Below, one piece after another: positions 20,805-29,181 of a DNA stretch of 45,440 nt. Within the stretch, counting starts at the first letter, position 1. Each line of letters begins with the position of its first letter. The stretch is from a virus. Its lineage: Duplodnaviria > Heunggongvirae > Uroviricota > Caudoviricetes. Both the position numbers and the translations under genes were made by a program. The notes beneath the pieces are model-generated. The model saw only the letters and a list, made by a program, of their open reading frames with translations. It had not been told where the DNA came from and made no database searches. The stretch lies in IMG/VR virus record IMGVR_UViG_2526164690_000022; one strand, given 5' to 3'.

Positions 20805-20838
20805 TTAACTTTAAATAATGCCAATTATTTAAAGTTAT
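20805..20838. promoter_or_regulatory. lox-like recombination site (13-8-13)
   Basis: ttaactttaaata-atgccaat-tatttaaagttat; arms are inverted repeats (12/13); right arm matches loxP TATACGAAGTTAT at 10/13; about 150 bp upstream of the cre-like gene. Confidence 0.7.
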
Positions 20839-21020
20839 AAAATGGCGATTTTTTTTAATCCATCACAGATTGATTGCTGACCAGTAACACGTTGCCTTCA
20901 TGGTCTTTAATTTGCGAAGCGTGGTTTATACAGTTGGTTTTCTAAAATTGATGACAAAAAATCACAGTTCGATCCTTTACTCACTCTGTTATTCGACATA
21001 AATTTGTCATAGTAATTTTA

Positions 21021-21034
21021 TGTTAGAAAACTAA
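21021..21034. promoter_or_regulatory. Operator-like motif tgttagaaaactaa about 15 bp upstream of the 21049 gene
   Basis: Member of a dispersed motif family (see findings); a second half-site-like copy ttttctaaaa lies at 20939-20948. Confidence 0.4.
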
Positions 21035-21048
21035 ATCGAGTAGGAATA

Positions 21049-22086
21049 ATGAGTAAGAAGTCGATCGAGAAAGAGTACAAACGGTTCCTGCAAACCGCTG
21101 AACGGTGGAAAGAGCTGGTGGTCGCAAACTCTGTTTTCCATGATACCAGTTATGCTGGCGAGGAATTCCGCCATGTTGCATTAACGCATGACCAAAACAT
21201 ATTAGAAGAAGCTGAAAAATGTCTTGCTGAATGGAAAGCCTTCGTTGACATGTGCCGCGATGCCGACGGCAAAGCGTCGAACATTGTTGAGTCTGTATAT
21301 TCTCCGATCCCATTCATCATTGAGGACACCAATCAAAGCACGCATGTTGTTGTGCAAAGCGCTACAACAACACGTACATTTACACGTGAACAATTGCTCA
21401 AAAAATACGACAAAATCATAAAGAAAAGCCTGAAAAATAGGGTTTTTTCTCAAATCGTAGGTGCTCTTGAAGAAGAACAGCGCTTCTTTGAAGCTGAGCC
21501 TGAAGGCGAGATCTACCGGGCGCGTAAAGAGGCATATACAGATGTTGTGCTGACAACAAACATCGAAGGCAGCAATGCCCTTTCTCGCTTTAGAGTTGGC
21601 GCACATGGCGCATTGGTTTTCGCAAGACTACCGAAGACAACAATCCCCGTTGTCAATAATGTTGGTGAGCGCCGGAGCATTACAATTTATTCTGGCGTCG
21701 AATCGGTACCTTGCAGCCTTCTCGGCGATTTTAACTTATATCGTGTTCGTGACCTGGAAAAACACCAGCCAAGCTACGTTGCGAAGTCGTACATCTTAAG
21801 GAACATCGATATTCGCAATGAAAGCCTTAAGCAGAAATCCGCTAAGATGCTGGAGGATGCCGATCCGGCTATTCGCCATATCATTGAGCGTAAGATACGT
21901 ACATCACGTGAAGCAATGGCAAGGCTGGATAAAATGGATCTGGAATTGTTAGACGTAATGATGGCCTCTGGAGACGACCTGACCGGCATTAAACTGAATG
22001 AAGCTCGTAAAAAATACGGCAAAGCAATCGAAGAACGTTACGGATACACATTCCCCCAAACGCAGTACGCCGCGAAGCTCTGGTAA
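21049..22086 (+). CDS. Hypothetical protein in the immC position (candidate C1-type immunity repressor)
   Basis: 345-aa ORF between the lox site and pacB, convergent with pacB, operator-like motif at its promoter; no sequence motif recognised. Confidence 0.45.
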   Translation: MSKKSIEKEYKRFLQTAERWKELVVANSVFHDTSYAGEEFRHVALTHDQNILEEAEKCLAEWKAFVDMCRDADGKASNIVESVYSPIPFIIEDTNQSTHVVVQSATTTRTFTREQLLKKYDKIIKKSLKNRVFSQIVGALEEEQRFFEAEPEGEIYRARKEAYTDVVLTTNIEGSNALSRFRVGAHGALVFARLPKTTIPVVNNVGERRSITIYSGVESVPCSLLGDFNLYRVRDLEKHQPSYVAKSYILRNIDIRNESLKQKSAKMLEDADPAIRHIIERKIRTSREAMARLDKMDLELLDVMMASGDDLTGIKLNEARKKYGKAIEERYGYTFPQTQYAAKLW

Positions 22087-22094
22087 TCACAACC

Positions 22095-22113
22095 GGCCCC
22101 GCATCGCGGGGCT
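22095..22113. terminator. Hairpin terminator between convergent genes
   Basis: ccccgc-atc-gcgggg followed by cttt; between the 21049 gene and pacB. Confidence 0.5.
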
Positions 22114-23622
22114 TTATATATCCAGATCCGGCATTTCGATATCCGCCAGAACCTGATCTCGGAAAGTTGCCATTTCGGCACCAATATCTTCATTAGCAGG
22201 CACATAGTCCACCAGCATAGTGAAGCAGTAGGTATCCCATCGGTCAGGCGATTTGATGTTTAGCTTTTGCCGCATGTGCTCTTTGCGCATCATCGCCATT
22301 TTCCCTTCTTCATTCAGTAAAAAGGGGATTTTTGACGCTTGCTCTGCCGTTTTAGGGTCACTGTCTATCCGCATACGCCCTGACTTTATGGCATCACGCG
22401 CCATAATATTTGCGTAGGCACGCTGATTAACAAATCGCTCCCTGTCTTTGTTCGCAAACATGGGTTTTCCCCACCGAATACGTACCGGGTTCGCACCACG
22501 ACGCACCAACTGCGCACACGTATCAGAACCAAAACCATCAGCATCAACCGCGATTGTTATATTCGGGTATTTTTCCGGCGTACATTCGTTATATATGAAG
22601 TCAGCAAAGGCCAATGGGTCCATAGTGCCAGGCATCTCCATTACCTTAAAGTTAACAACGCGCCGCTTATCCCTGTGACCAGATACTTTGCAGATGTTGA
22701 GGACCGACTTATCTCGCCCATTACCAACGTCAGCCGTTGCCACCCATCCCCAGTTTTTCTCCAACAACACCTTGCGGCGAGCAGCGCGATCGCATTCATC
22801 ACGACCAAGCAAATAGCCGTTAATTTCTCGTGGGAACTGACCAAGCACCTTGACCATGTACTCAATAGAATCGCGCCCGCCATATTCCAGAAGCTTCTGC
22901 TTGATGAATTGTGGTGTGACGAACGGTGATTCTTCCGAGTTAAGAACAATTGCTGTCCAGATCCCTTTCGGGTTGTCTGGGGTTTTTGCTTGAGAATGGT
23001 GCGAATCGTAGAAATAACCACTTGGCCTTGTTGGCTGGGATAGCATCAACATCCGGTTATCTTCTTCAGTAAGAGCACCGGTCATTACGCCGATCGCCTT
23101 ATCAGATATACCAGATGCTTCGTCCAGAATTAGAAGCAAATGTGCCGCGTGTTCCCCCGCCAGCGCTTCTTCGTTGCCGAGTCGATAACCTTTGCAGAGA
23201 ACTTCCCAAATCCCCTTACGGGAGCGCTCATAAAACATGGTGTCAGAGAGGACAAAATAGGTCTGCAACCACCCATGACGCTTAACTGCATTCGCCCAAT
23301 ACTGTTTAACGTATTTGAATACGCCTGTTTTTACCTGGCCTATCTTGTTAGCAACAATGATGACACGGGCATCGGGGAACAGGATCATAAAAATCAACAG
23401 CAACATCGCGGTAAGGGACGACTTCCCCGTTCCGTGTCCGGACGTGACGGTCGTCCTACTCCCCGTTTCCTGCACTGACTGAATGATCTGCTGCTGCTGG
23501 TGGGAGGGGAACATCCCAAAAATATCGACAACAGCCTGGGTAAAGTTGTAGCGGTATTTGATTACCATATCGCGCCAGCGTGGATCGCTGGTGACGCATT
23601 TAATCTTGCGCCCGCCAGCCAT
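22114..23622 (-). CDS. pacB: Terminase large subunit PacB-like
   Basis: Walker A TVTSGHGTGKSS near the N-terminus; 502 aa; directly downstream of pacA. Confidence 0.8.
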   Translation of the reverse strand: MAGGRKIKCVTSDPRWRDMVIKYRYNFTQAVVDIFGMFPSHQQQQIIQSVQETGSRTTVTSGHGTGKSSLTAMLLLIFMILFPDARVIIVANKIGQVKTGVFKYVKQYWANAVKRHGWLQTYFVLSDTMFYERSRKGIWEVLCKGYRLGNEEALAGEHAAHLLLILDEASGISDKAIGVMTGALTEEDNRMLMLSQPTRPSGYFYDSHHSQAKTPDNPKGIWTAIVLNSEESPFVTPQFIKQKLLEYGGRDSIEYMVKVLGQFPREINGYLLGRDECDRAARRKVLLEKNWGWVATADVGNGRDKSVLNICKVSGHRDKRRVVNFKVMEMPGTMDPLAFADFIYNECTPEKYPNITIAVDADGFGSDTCAQLVRRGANPVRIRWGKPMFANKDRERFVNQRAYANIMARDAIKSGRMRIDSDPKTAEQASKIPFLLNEEGKMAMMRKEHMRQKLNIKSPDRWDTYCFTMLVDYVPANEDIGAEMATFRDQVLADIEMPDLDI

Positions 23623-24986
23623 TAATCATCCTCCGGCGGTTCTATCGCGATATCATCATCTCCGGCGTCATACCCTGCATCAGATGCATCATAATCACCG
23701 TAAATTTCAGCCGTTGCCGAAGGGTCAATATCCAGCTCTTCGTCGTTGGCCTCGAATTCTCCAGCTTTACGCTCGCCATTGCGGTCGTAATCTCCGCACC
23801 CCAATTCTTCAACAATGGTTGCCACATCCGCCCGGCGCTCTGCCAGCCATTGCGGATGGTTAGCCTGAAGCGTTGCAAACTCCCTTGCCTCTTTGTCCAG
23901 CTGTTCATCATCAACATCATTGACGTCAGAAACAGGTGGTTCGAGAAGAGTGATAGCTTTCGCCGCGCGCGCCGCGAGGATAGCCGGGACGCTGACCCCC
24001 TGGCGCTCGATGTATTCAGCAACACCGATATCATCCAGTTCCTCGCGCTCACGCATACGTATAGCGGCGGCGATAACTCTGGCAGCGCGTGCGTCAGCGC
24101 CAATGCGATATTCAATCTCTTTGCCACGCTGTTCGGCCTGTAGGCGTGCTAATTCGAGTTTTTCTCTGGCCTCAGCCTCTTTGAATGCTTGCTGGCGAGC
24201 GCTCTGACGAAGCTTTTCATCCCCCTGTCGCAGCTTTTGTTCGGACTGATATATAGCTGCCAACCTACTGATAAAATCATTCATGTAGTAGGCCGCGTCA
24301 CTGATTAGACCGAGAAGGCGCTGCCCAGGGTGCATTCCTTCTGGCTCTTTATCGCCCAAGGCGTCTATTTCCGCCTGTAGACGTTCGGCCTCCTGATCAA
24401 CAATGCTTTGATACTGAAGTGCGCGCTCTTGCGCCATTTGAATTGCTAACCGCAGGTGTTCTTCTGCGCCGTTCTTCATCATGTCGCGAGCCACATTCGT
24501 AGTGGGCAATGTGGCACGTTGCACAGCACCGCCAGGGATCATTGCTGAAGATCCCTCAATTTTTGGGGCGCTTTTATCTTCTTCGGGGATCATTTTCGCC
24601 ATTTTTTCGCGCAATGATCTCCTGACAGATTCTTTTATCTCATTGTTATTATTTGCATTATTTTCATGATCCGAAGTTTTCTTTCTCGGCATACTTCGGA
24701 AAGAACCTGCGCCCTGCGAATTGTCAATTTCTGTAAATTTTGTTTTTTCTGCACCCTCTTCCAGCTTTTTTGTTGCTCTTCCCGCCCGTTTTTTTTCAGG
24801 TGATTTGGTGCTTTTTTTTGTTGTCTTTACCTGCGACCGCACCTCATTTTTTTTCATATTGAGATGCTTTCTGGCTGTATTGAAGCTAAGGCCATGCTCC
24901 TCACAGTATTCCTTTACAGTGATCCCTTTTTCTTCACGCAAAGCTATAAAGCGGGCGCGGTGCTCCTCCCAATTAACCAGACTCAT
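23622..24986 (-). CDS. pacA: Terminase small subunit PacA-like (HTH, acidic C-terminus)
   Basis: N-terminal MSLVNWEEHRARFIALREEKGITVKEYCEEHGLSFNTARKHL; strongly acidic C-terminal tail. Confidence 0.7.
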   Translation of the reverse strand: MSLVNWEEHRARFIALREEKGITVKEYCEEHGLSFNTARKHLNMKKNEVRSQVKTTKKSTKSPEKKRAGRATKKLEEGAEKTKFTEIDNSQGAGSFRSMPRKKTSDHENNANNNNEIKESVRRSLREKMAKMIPEEDKSAPKIEGSSAMIPGGAVQRATLPTTNVARDMMKNGAEEHLRLAIQMAQERALQYQSIVDQEAERLQAEIDALGDKEPEGMHPGQRLLGLISDAAYYMNDFISRLAAIYQSEQKLRQGDEKLRQSARQQAFKEAEAREKLELARLQAEQRGKEIEYRIGADARAARVIAAAIRMREREELDDIGVAEYIERQGVSVPAILAARAAKAITLLEPPVSDVNDVDDEQLDKEAREFATLQANHPQWLAERRADVATIVEELGCGDYDRNGERKAGEFEANDEELDIDPSATAEIYGDYDASDAGYDAGDDDIAIEPPEDD

Positions 24987-25375
24987 AAAGCAACACCACG
25001 CTTTTTAACGGCGGCATTCCACAGCTTATTCGCCATGTCCACCAGCTCTCGTTGCTCTTTTCGCGCCTGTTCGACTGATTTCCTGCTACAGTTTTTAACC
25101 AGTAAGCTACCGTATTCAGGCGTGCGCCCGCGCACCTTGAACTGATATCCGTTCAGACCATGTAGCCAGTATTTTCGTGGATACACACGATCATCCAGCT
25201 CACAGATTGCCCTGCTTGAACGAACAAAATGACGAATGATGTTAGTTACACTTACTCGTGAAACATGGAGATGAGGGTATTTTTCTTTGGCGAGAGTGGT
25301 AATTTCAGTGACTGTCAGATAGCAGTCAGCCCTGATCATGATATCCGCAATTTCTGCGCTGCTGATTTGTTCCAT
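24983..25375 (-). CDS. lpa: Late promoter activator Lpa-like protein
   Basis: 130-aa protein immediately upstream of pacA, as in P1 (gene 10/lpa); assignment by position and size, N-terminus MEQISSAEIADIMI. Confidence 0.55.
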   Translation of the reverse strand: MEQISSAEIADIMIRADCYLTVTEITTLAKEKYPHLHVSRVSVTNIIRHFVRSSRAICELDDRVYPRKYWLHGLNGYQFKVRGRTPEYGSLLVKNCSRKSVEQARKEQRELVDMANKLWNAAVKKRGVAL

Positions 25376-25483
25376 TAATCCCCCGGGCAGGAAATGACCG
25401 AGGGGATGATAATGAGAATGTTAAAACTGTATAGACTGGTAAAAAGATGATTATATTAGAAAATTAATATTAAATACCTAACG

Positions 25484-25876
25484 CTACCAGCGAGACAAAC
25501 GAACAACATGTTTCACTTTTGCGATCCACTTTCCGCGATAACTATTGATTACGGCCTGTGCCAGCTTCAAATTGGCTTCAAAATCAGCCTTACTACCATC
25601 AGACTCCACCAGCATTCCTCCATCTATTTCTGGTAAACATAGATAATCCTGCTCAACCTGCAGCGGCATTGATGGCTCTCTGAATGGCGTTACTTGCTCT
25701 GCTTTCCAGCGAAATCTAACCCTCATCCCCCTGGTGGTCATTACTAGATAGCCTGTTATAGTGCTTTTATGGCCCACATCAGTACGCGTGGCATTGCATG
25801 ACACGATCTTACAGTTAGCGATAGACCACTCCATATTGGTGGCCTGTTGAGTGCTTAATTTGGTAGTCCCGTACAT
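25484..25876 (-). CDS. Hypothetical protein
   Basis: 130-aa ORF. Confidence 0.4.
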   Translation of the reverse strand: MYGTTKLSTQQATNMEWSIANCKIVSCNATRTDVGHKSTITGYLVMTTRGMRVRFRWKAEQVTPFREPSMPLQVEQDYLCLPEIDGGMLVESDGSKADFEANLKLAQAVINSYRGKWIAKVKHVVRLSRW

Positions 25877-26451
25877 CAGAAAGCCTCCCAGTCAGTCGCG
25901 ATAATATCCACACCAGTTGCAAACCAGTCTGTCTGCGCCTGTAAATCCCCATTCATCATTACCAGGCGAGGCATCACCATCACATCGCACCCTTCCACAA
26001 TATCGAATGCCTCTTCCGGCAAGAATTCGAAGAGCTTTTCTTTGCTGCCAATGCTGCCACGGAACATCGATATATAGCTCCCTTTAGGCCATGATGTCCG
26101 CCGGGCATCAAGCCCTTTCATCATCCAGTAAAAAGCCGAGGAAAAAGGGATATTCTTTTTGCCAATGATTACATTATTCGCTTCTGTGTACTTCAGGAAC
26201 TTAACTAACCTTACCATTGACTCGGATAACGCAACGTATGGCTCATGATTGATTGCTGACACGCTTACACCGTGCAATCCAACGCTTACCACTGTCATAT
26301 CGCCGCTCTGTGCGGTTTCGATATTGACGCCTTTGCGAACTAATGAGGCGTAAAGTTCCTCTCGCTTTTGGGTCCAGCGTTCCCGCTTCCCTATGAAGTC
26401 ACTCAAAATGAGATCTTCTTCTGCATATGCGTTATCGTTCGCCATTAACAT
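25876..26451 (-). CDS. Two-domain protein with probable C-terminal DUF2829 (Tad2-like) domain
   Basis: FSSAFYWMMKGLDARRTSWPKG ... DIIATDWEAF resembles the DUF2829 pattern. Confidence 0.4.
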   Translation of the reverse strand: MLMANDNAYAEEDLILSDFIGKRERWTQKREELYASLVRKGVNIETAQSGDMTVVSVGLHGVSVSAINHEPYVALSESMVRLVKFLKYTEANNVIIGKKNIPFSSAFYWMMKGLDARRTSWPKGSYISMFRGSIGSKEKLFEFLPEEAFDIVEGCDVMVMPRLVMMNGDLQAQTDWFATGVDIIATDWEAF

Positions 26452-26905
26452 AACGTCTCCTTTTTTACACGCGCGACTATCCCCCGGAAGTGCCGGTAGT
26501 GATGTCGTAAATTCGTATTAATTAAGGGGTACAGCCTGAGCGGCTATATGATGAATTGAAAGGAGTTGTGGCGGTGGTGCCTCCACCTGCCAGGTTAGCC
26601 ACTCCTGGCGACGTCACTTATCAGAACGTAGTGAATAAAAATGGCTTCGTCACGAGCGCATAGCCGCAATTACCACAACGGAAACGGTGCTCACGCTAAT
26701 TAAACGCCTTTTCCTGTTGTGCGCCGTGCTCTTCCGGCTGTCACACCGAATCGCCAGGATGGTGAGTCCTCGGTCCGCCACTGTTATCGGGGCTTGCACA
26801 TTCCGGCTACCTGGTCCGTTTGCCTGAGCAAGAGTCAAAGATACCCCTTTAACGTCACCAGACCGCTAACGACGCATGTGCCAGACGCCGTGTTACAACC
26901 AAATA

Positions 26906-26981
26906 TGGTGGCCCCTACCGGACTTGAACCGGTGACCGTGCGATTATGAGTCGCCAGCTCTAACCACTGAGCTAAAGGGCC
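26906..26981 (-). tRNA. tRNA with CAU anticodon, ileX-like (tRNA-Ile2 lysidine type; Met by anticodon alone)
   Basis: GGCCCTTTAGCTCAGTGGTTAGAGCTGGCGACTCATAATCGCACGGTCACCGGTTCAAGTCCGGTAGGGGCCACCA; full cloverleaf; close to E. coli ileX as recalled. Confidence 0.8.
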
Positions 26982-27135
26982 AGATTACTGTTAATTCCGC
27001 TTACGCTTTTTGCCAGGACCGCGTAAGGCTTTTGCTGCTTGCTCGACCCCATATGCAACCACCAGCAGAAATAAAAATGTCCACCAAGGGTTCTTGTCGG
27101 CAAACGTCCAAAATTCCATCATGTTATCTATTTGG

Positions 27136-27963
27136 TTATTTCACCGGAACAAACGGAACAGCGGTATTACTGGTCATATACTGCGGTAGCGTTCCGTTCC
27201 ATTTGTTGATCGCTTCCAACTCCATAACGCCGGGGTTCTGGCGCAGAGCCTCACCGCGTAAACGAATGGCATCAGCTTCAGCCTGGGCTTTTGTGCGAAT
27301 GGCATCGGCCTGTCCAGCAGCTTCTGCGCGCAGCATGTTGGCTTCTGCTTCGCGTTGCTTGACTTCCTGCTCGCGTTGCAGAGTTTTCTGGTTCGCCGTG
27401 ACTTTGGCATTAATGCTGTCGATAACGGTTGGCGGGTACTCCGGCTTGCCCACATATGAGAGGCTCATTACCTGAATACCGATGGGCGTCATTTCTTCCT
27501 GAATGTCTTTAAGGGCTGCATCAAGCAATTCAGATTTGCCACCGTCGATAAATTTGTCGGTGGTCATTTTGCTGGCTAACCGGTTCAGAGCATCTGCAAC
27601 CTTCTGGCGTAGATCGGTATCAGTAATATCATCTACACCTTTGCGATAGGTCTGAAATACCGTTGTGACTTTTGCTGGATCAACCTTGTAGGCTACGCCG
27701 ATGTGGTAACCAATGGTTGTTCCGTCGCTCATCTGGAAGCTGAACGGCTCGTCGTATGTCTTCATTTGCTTAAAGGTCGGGAAGATATAAACTTCAGTAT
27801 TCAAGCCTGTCCAGTAGCGACCAACGCCAACTACTTCACCGATACCTTTATCATCCCCCAGCTTATTTACTTTGATCCCTACGTTACCTGGCTCTACCCG
27901 ATCGCATCCGGTCAGACATAAAGAACCAAAAATAATCGCTGCACTAATCAACGTTTTTTTCAT
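27136..27963 (-). CDS. plp: SPFH/Band-7 family lipoprotein (plp-like)
   Basis: Lipoprotein signal MKKTLISAAIIFGSLCLTGC; SPFH-type body with Ala/Gln/Glu-rich coiled-coil tail. Confidence 0.65.
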   Translation of the reverse strand: MKKTLISAAIIFGSLCLTGCDRVEPGNVGIKVNKLGDDKGIGEVVGVGRYWTGLNTEVYIFPTFKQMKTYDEPFSFQMSDGTTIGYHIGVAYKVDPAKVTTVFQTYRKGVDDITDTDLRQKVADALNRLASKMTTDKFIDGGKSELLDAALKDIQEEMTPIGIQVMSLSYVGKPEYPPTVIDSINAKVTANQKTLQREQEVKQREAEANMLRAEAAGQADAIRTKAQAEADAIRLRGEALRQNPGVMELEAINKWNGTLPQYMTSNTAVPFVPVK

Positions 27964-28180
27964 TAATCAATTTCCTGGTTTTTTCACGAAAAAAGACTAC
28001 TGCAAAAGCCGGGTAAATGAGCGCGAGAAGGACTCCCAACAATACAAGTATTGTGCTGTCAGATGAGATCATATTTGGCAAAAGCCAAACATACAGAACC
28101 AGTGACACAATCAAACAGAGGACGACATAAATATATAACCGCACCCATAGCGTTCGACATTTGTTCGGATTGTTCTGCAT
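27944..28180 (-). CDS. Small membrane protein (upl-like)
   Basis: Two predicted TM helices (VVLCLIVSLVLYVWLL; LVLLGVLLALIYPAFAVVFF); overlaps plp start. Confidence 0.45.
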   Translation of the reverse strand: MQNNPNKCRTLWVRLYIYVVLCLIVSLVLYVWLLPNMISSDSTILVLLGVLLALIYPAFAVVFFREKTRKLINEKNVD

Positions 28181-28323
28181 CCTCTCACTCCATTATTTAC
28201 CGAATAAAAAAGCTGCGGTGCCTGGTGCCTCCAGGTGACGTTAACCAGTTAACAATTAACGCCGGGATGTTTGACTTAACCACTAAGGAGGATTGTTTTA
28301 ACTGTTCCGCGTGCGCTTAGCCG

Positions 28324-28882
28324 CATTCACCGCAATGGTAAGAGCACTTGGCTGGCTGGGCGGCGATGACGCCTGTACGCATTTGGTGATCCGGTTCTGC
28401 TTCCGGCATTCGCTTAATTAGCCAAATACTCTTAACGTTGCACTGGCGGAGAGTAATGGAATCGAACCATCATCGCTTGCGCAATGGGACGGTTTTCAAG
28501 ACCGCTTGAGCACCATGCTCCCTACTCTCCAGTGATTGTGATGGTCGGTGCTGAACTCCGACACAGGGTTGTAGCAAGCCCCGCAAAGCGCGCACTACTG
28601 TAGTTGCGGCACATCAGCCTGTGCATTCACCACAATGTTGAGAACACTGGTTGTCACGCTGCAACGCAACATTTATTCATAGATTGGGATATGACCCCGT
28701 TACGCCAGTGTTCTCAACGTTGTGGTGCCGGTTACGGTTCCGGCCAGGCCTCTTCCTCAACGGGGTGTTCTCCATACGGACTACCGTTTATTGGTCGTTC
28801 CTGCGGTTTATGTTGTGAAGCCAGATGCTTATCTTCTGGTTGCTTCAAAGAGCTGCACTTCATCACAACGGTAAGAGCACTC
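28324..28882. repeat. Family of ~23-bp repeats flanking the tRNA genes (four clear copies)
   Basis: caccgcaatggtaagagcacttgg (28326), caccacaatgttgagaacactgg (28628), inverted copy ccagtgttctcaacgttgtggtg (28706), catcacaacggtaagagcactcg (28860); degenerate fifth copy near 26676. Confidence 0.55.
28444..28530 (-). tRNA. tRNA-Ser (UGA), class II with long variable arm; atypical D-arm
   Basis: GGAGAGT...GCGGTCTTGAAAACCGT...GGTTCGATTCCATTACTCTCCGCCA; anticodon stem-loop matches E. coli serT as recalled; D-loop short. Confidence 0.6.
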
Positions 28883-28932
28883 GATGCATTTAAGCCAAGC
28901 CCCATAAGGGAGAATGCCCTTACCTGTTGTGT

Positions 28933-29008
28933 TGGTGCCGGTTAACGGACTCGAACCGCTGACATCCTGCTTACAAGGCAGGCGCTCTACCAACTGAGCT
29001 AAACCGGC
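28933..29008 (-). tRNA. tRNA-Thr (UGU)
   Basis: GCCGGTTTAGCTCAGTTGGTAGAGCGCCTGCCTTGTAAGCAGGATGTCAGCGGTTCGAGTCCGTTAACCGGCACCA; perfect acceptor stem. Confidence 0.85.
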
Positions 29009-29012
29009 AATT

Positions 29013-29099
29013 TGGTGGGGAGTGATGGAGTCGAACCACCCGAGTCGCAATGACAGTAGATTTACAGTCTACCCCGCTACCCCTACGGACTAACTCCCC
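29013..29099 (-). tRNA. tRNA-Tyr (GUA), class II
   Basis: Acceptor GGGGAGT/ACTCCCC; anticodon arm GTAGA-CTGTAAA-TCTAC; long variable arm; GGTTCGACTCC T-loop. Confidence 0.75.
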
Positions 29100-29104
29100 T
29101 AAAT

Positions 29105-29181
29105 TGGCGATGGTGGGTGGATTCGAACCACCGACCGACAGCTTAGAAGGCTGCTGCTCTATCCTACTGAGCTACACCATC
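29105..29181 (-). tRNA. tRNA-Arg (UCU)
   Basis: GATGGTGTAGCTCAGTAGGATAGAGCAGCAGCCTTCTAAGCTGTCGGTCGGTGGTTCGAATCCACCCACCATCGCCA. Confidence 0.85.

Noticed and set aside
25376-25483. Possible LexA box (ctgtatagactgg) upstream of lpa
   Set aside because: Has CTGT but no correctly spaced ACAG; only the humD box at 14839-14858 fits CTGT-N8-ACAG.
28326-28882. Repeat elements as tRNA D-arm pseudogene fragments
   Set aside because: GGTAAGAGCAC resembles a D-loop/stem, but no complementary GCTC partner precedes it, so no D-stem can form.
28604-28945. 113-aa Cys/Gly-rich ORF in the tRNA region
   Set aside because: Overlaps the repeat family and intergenic tRNA spacer; composition not protein-like.
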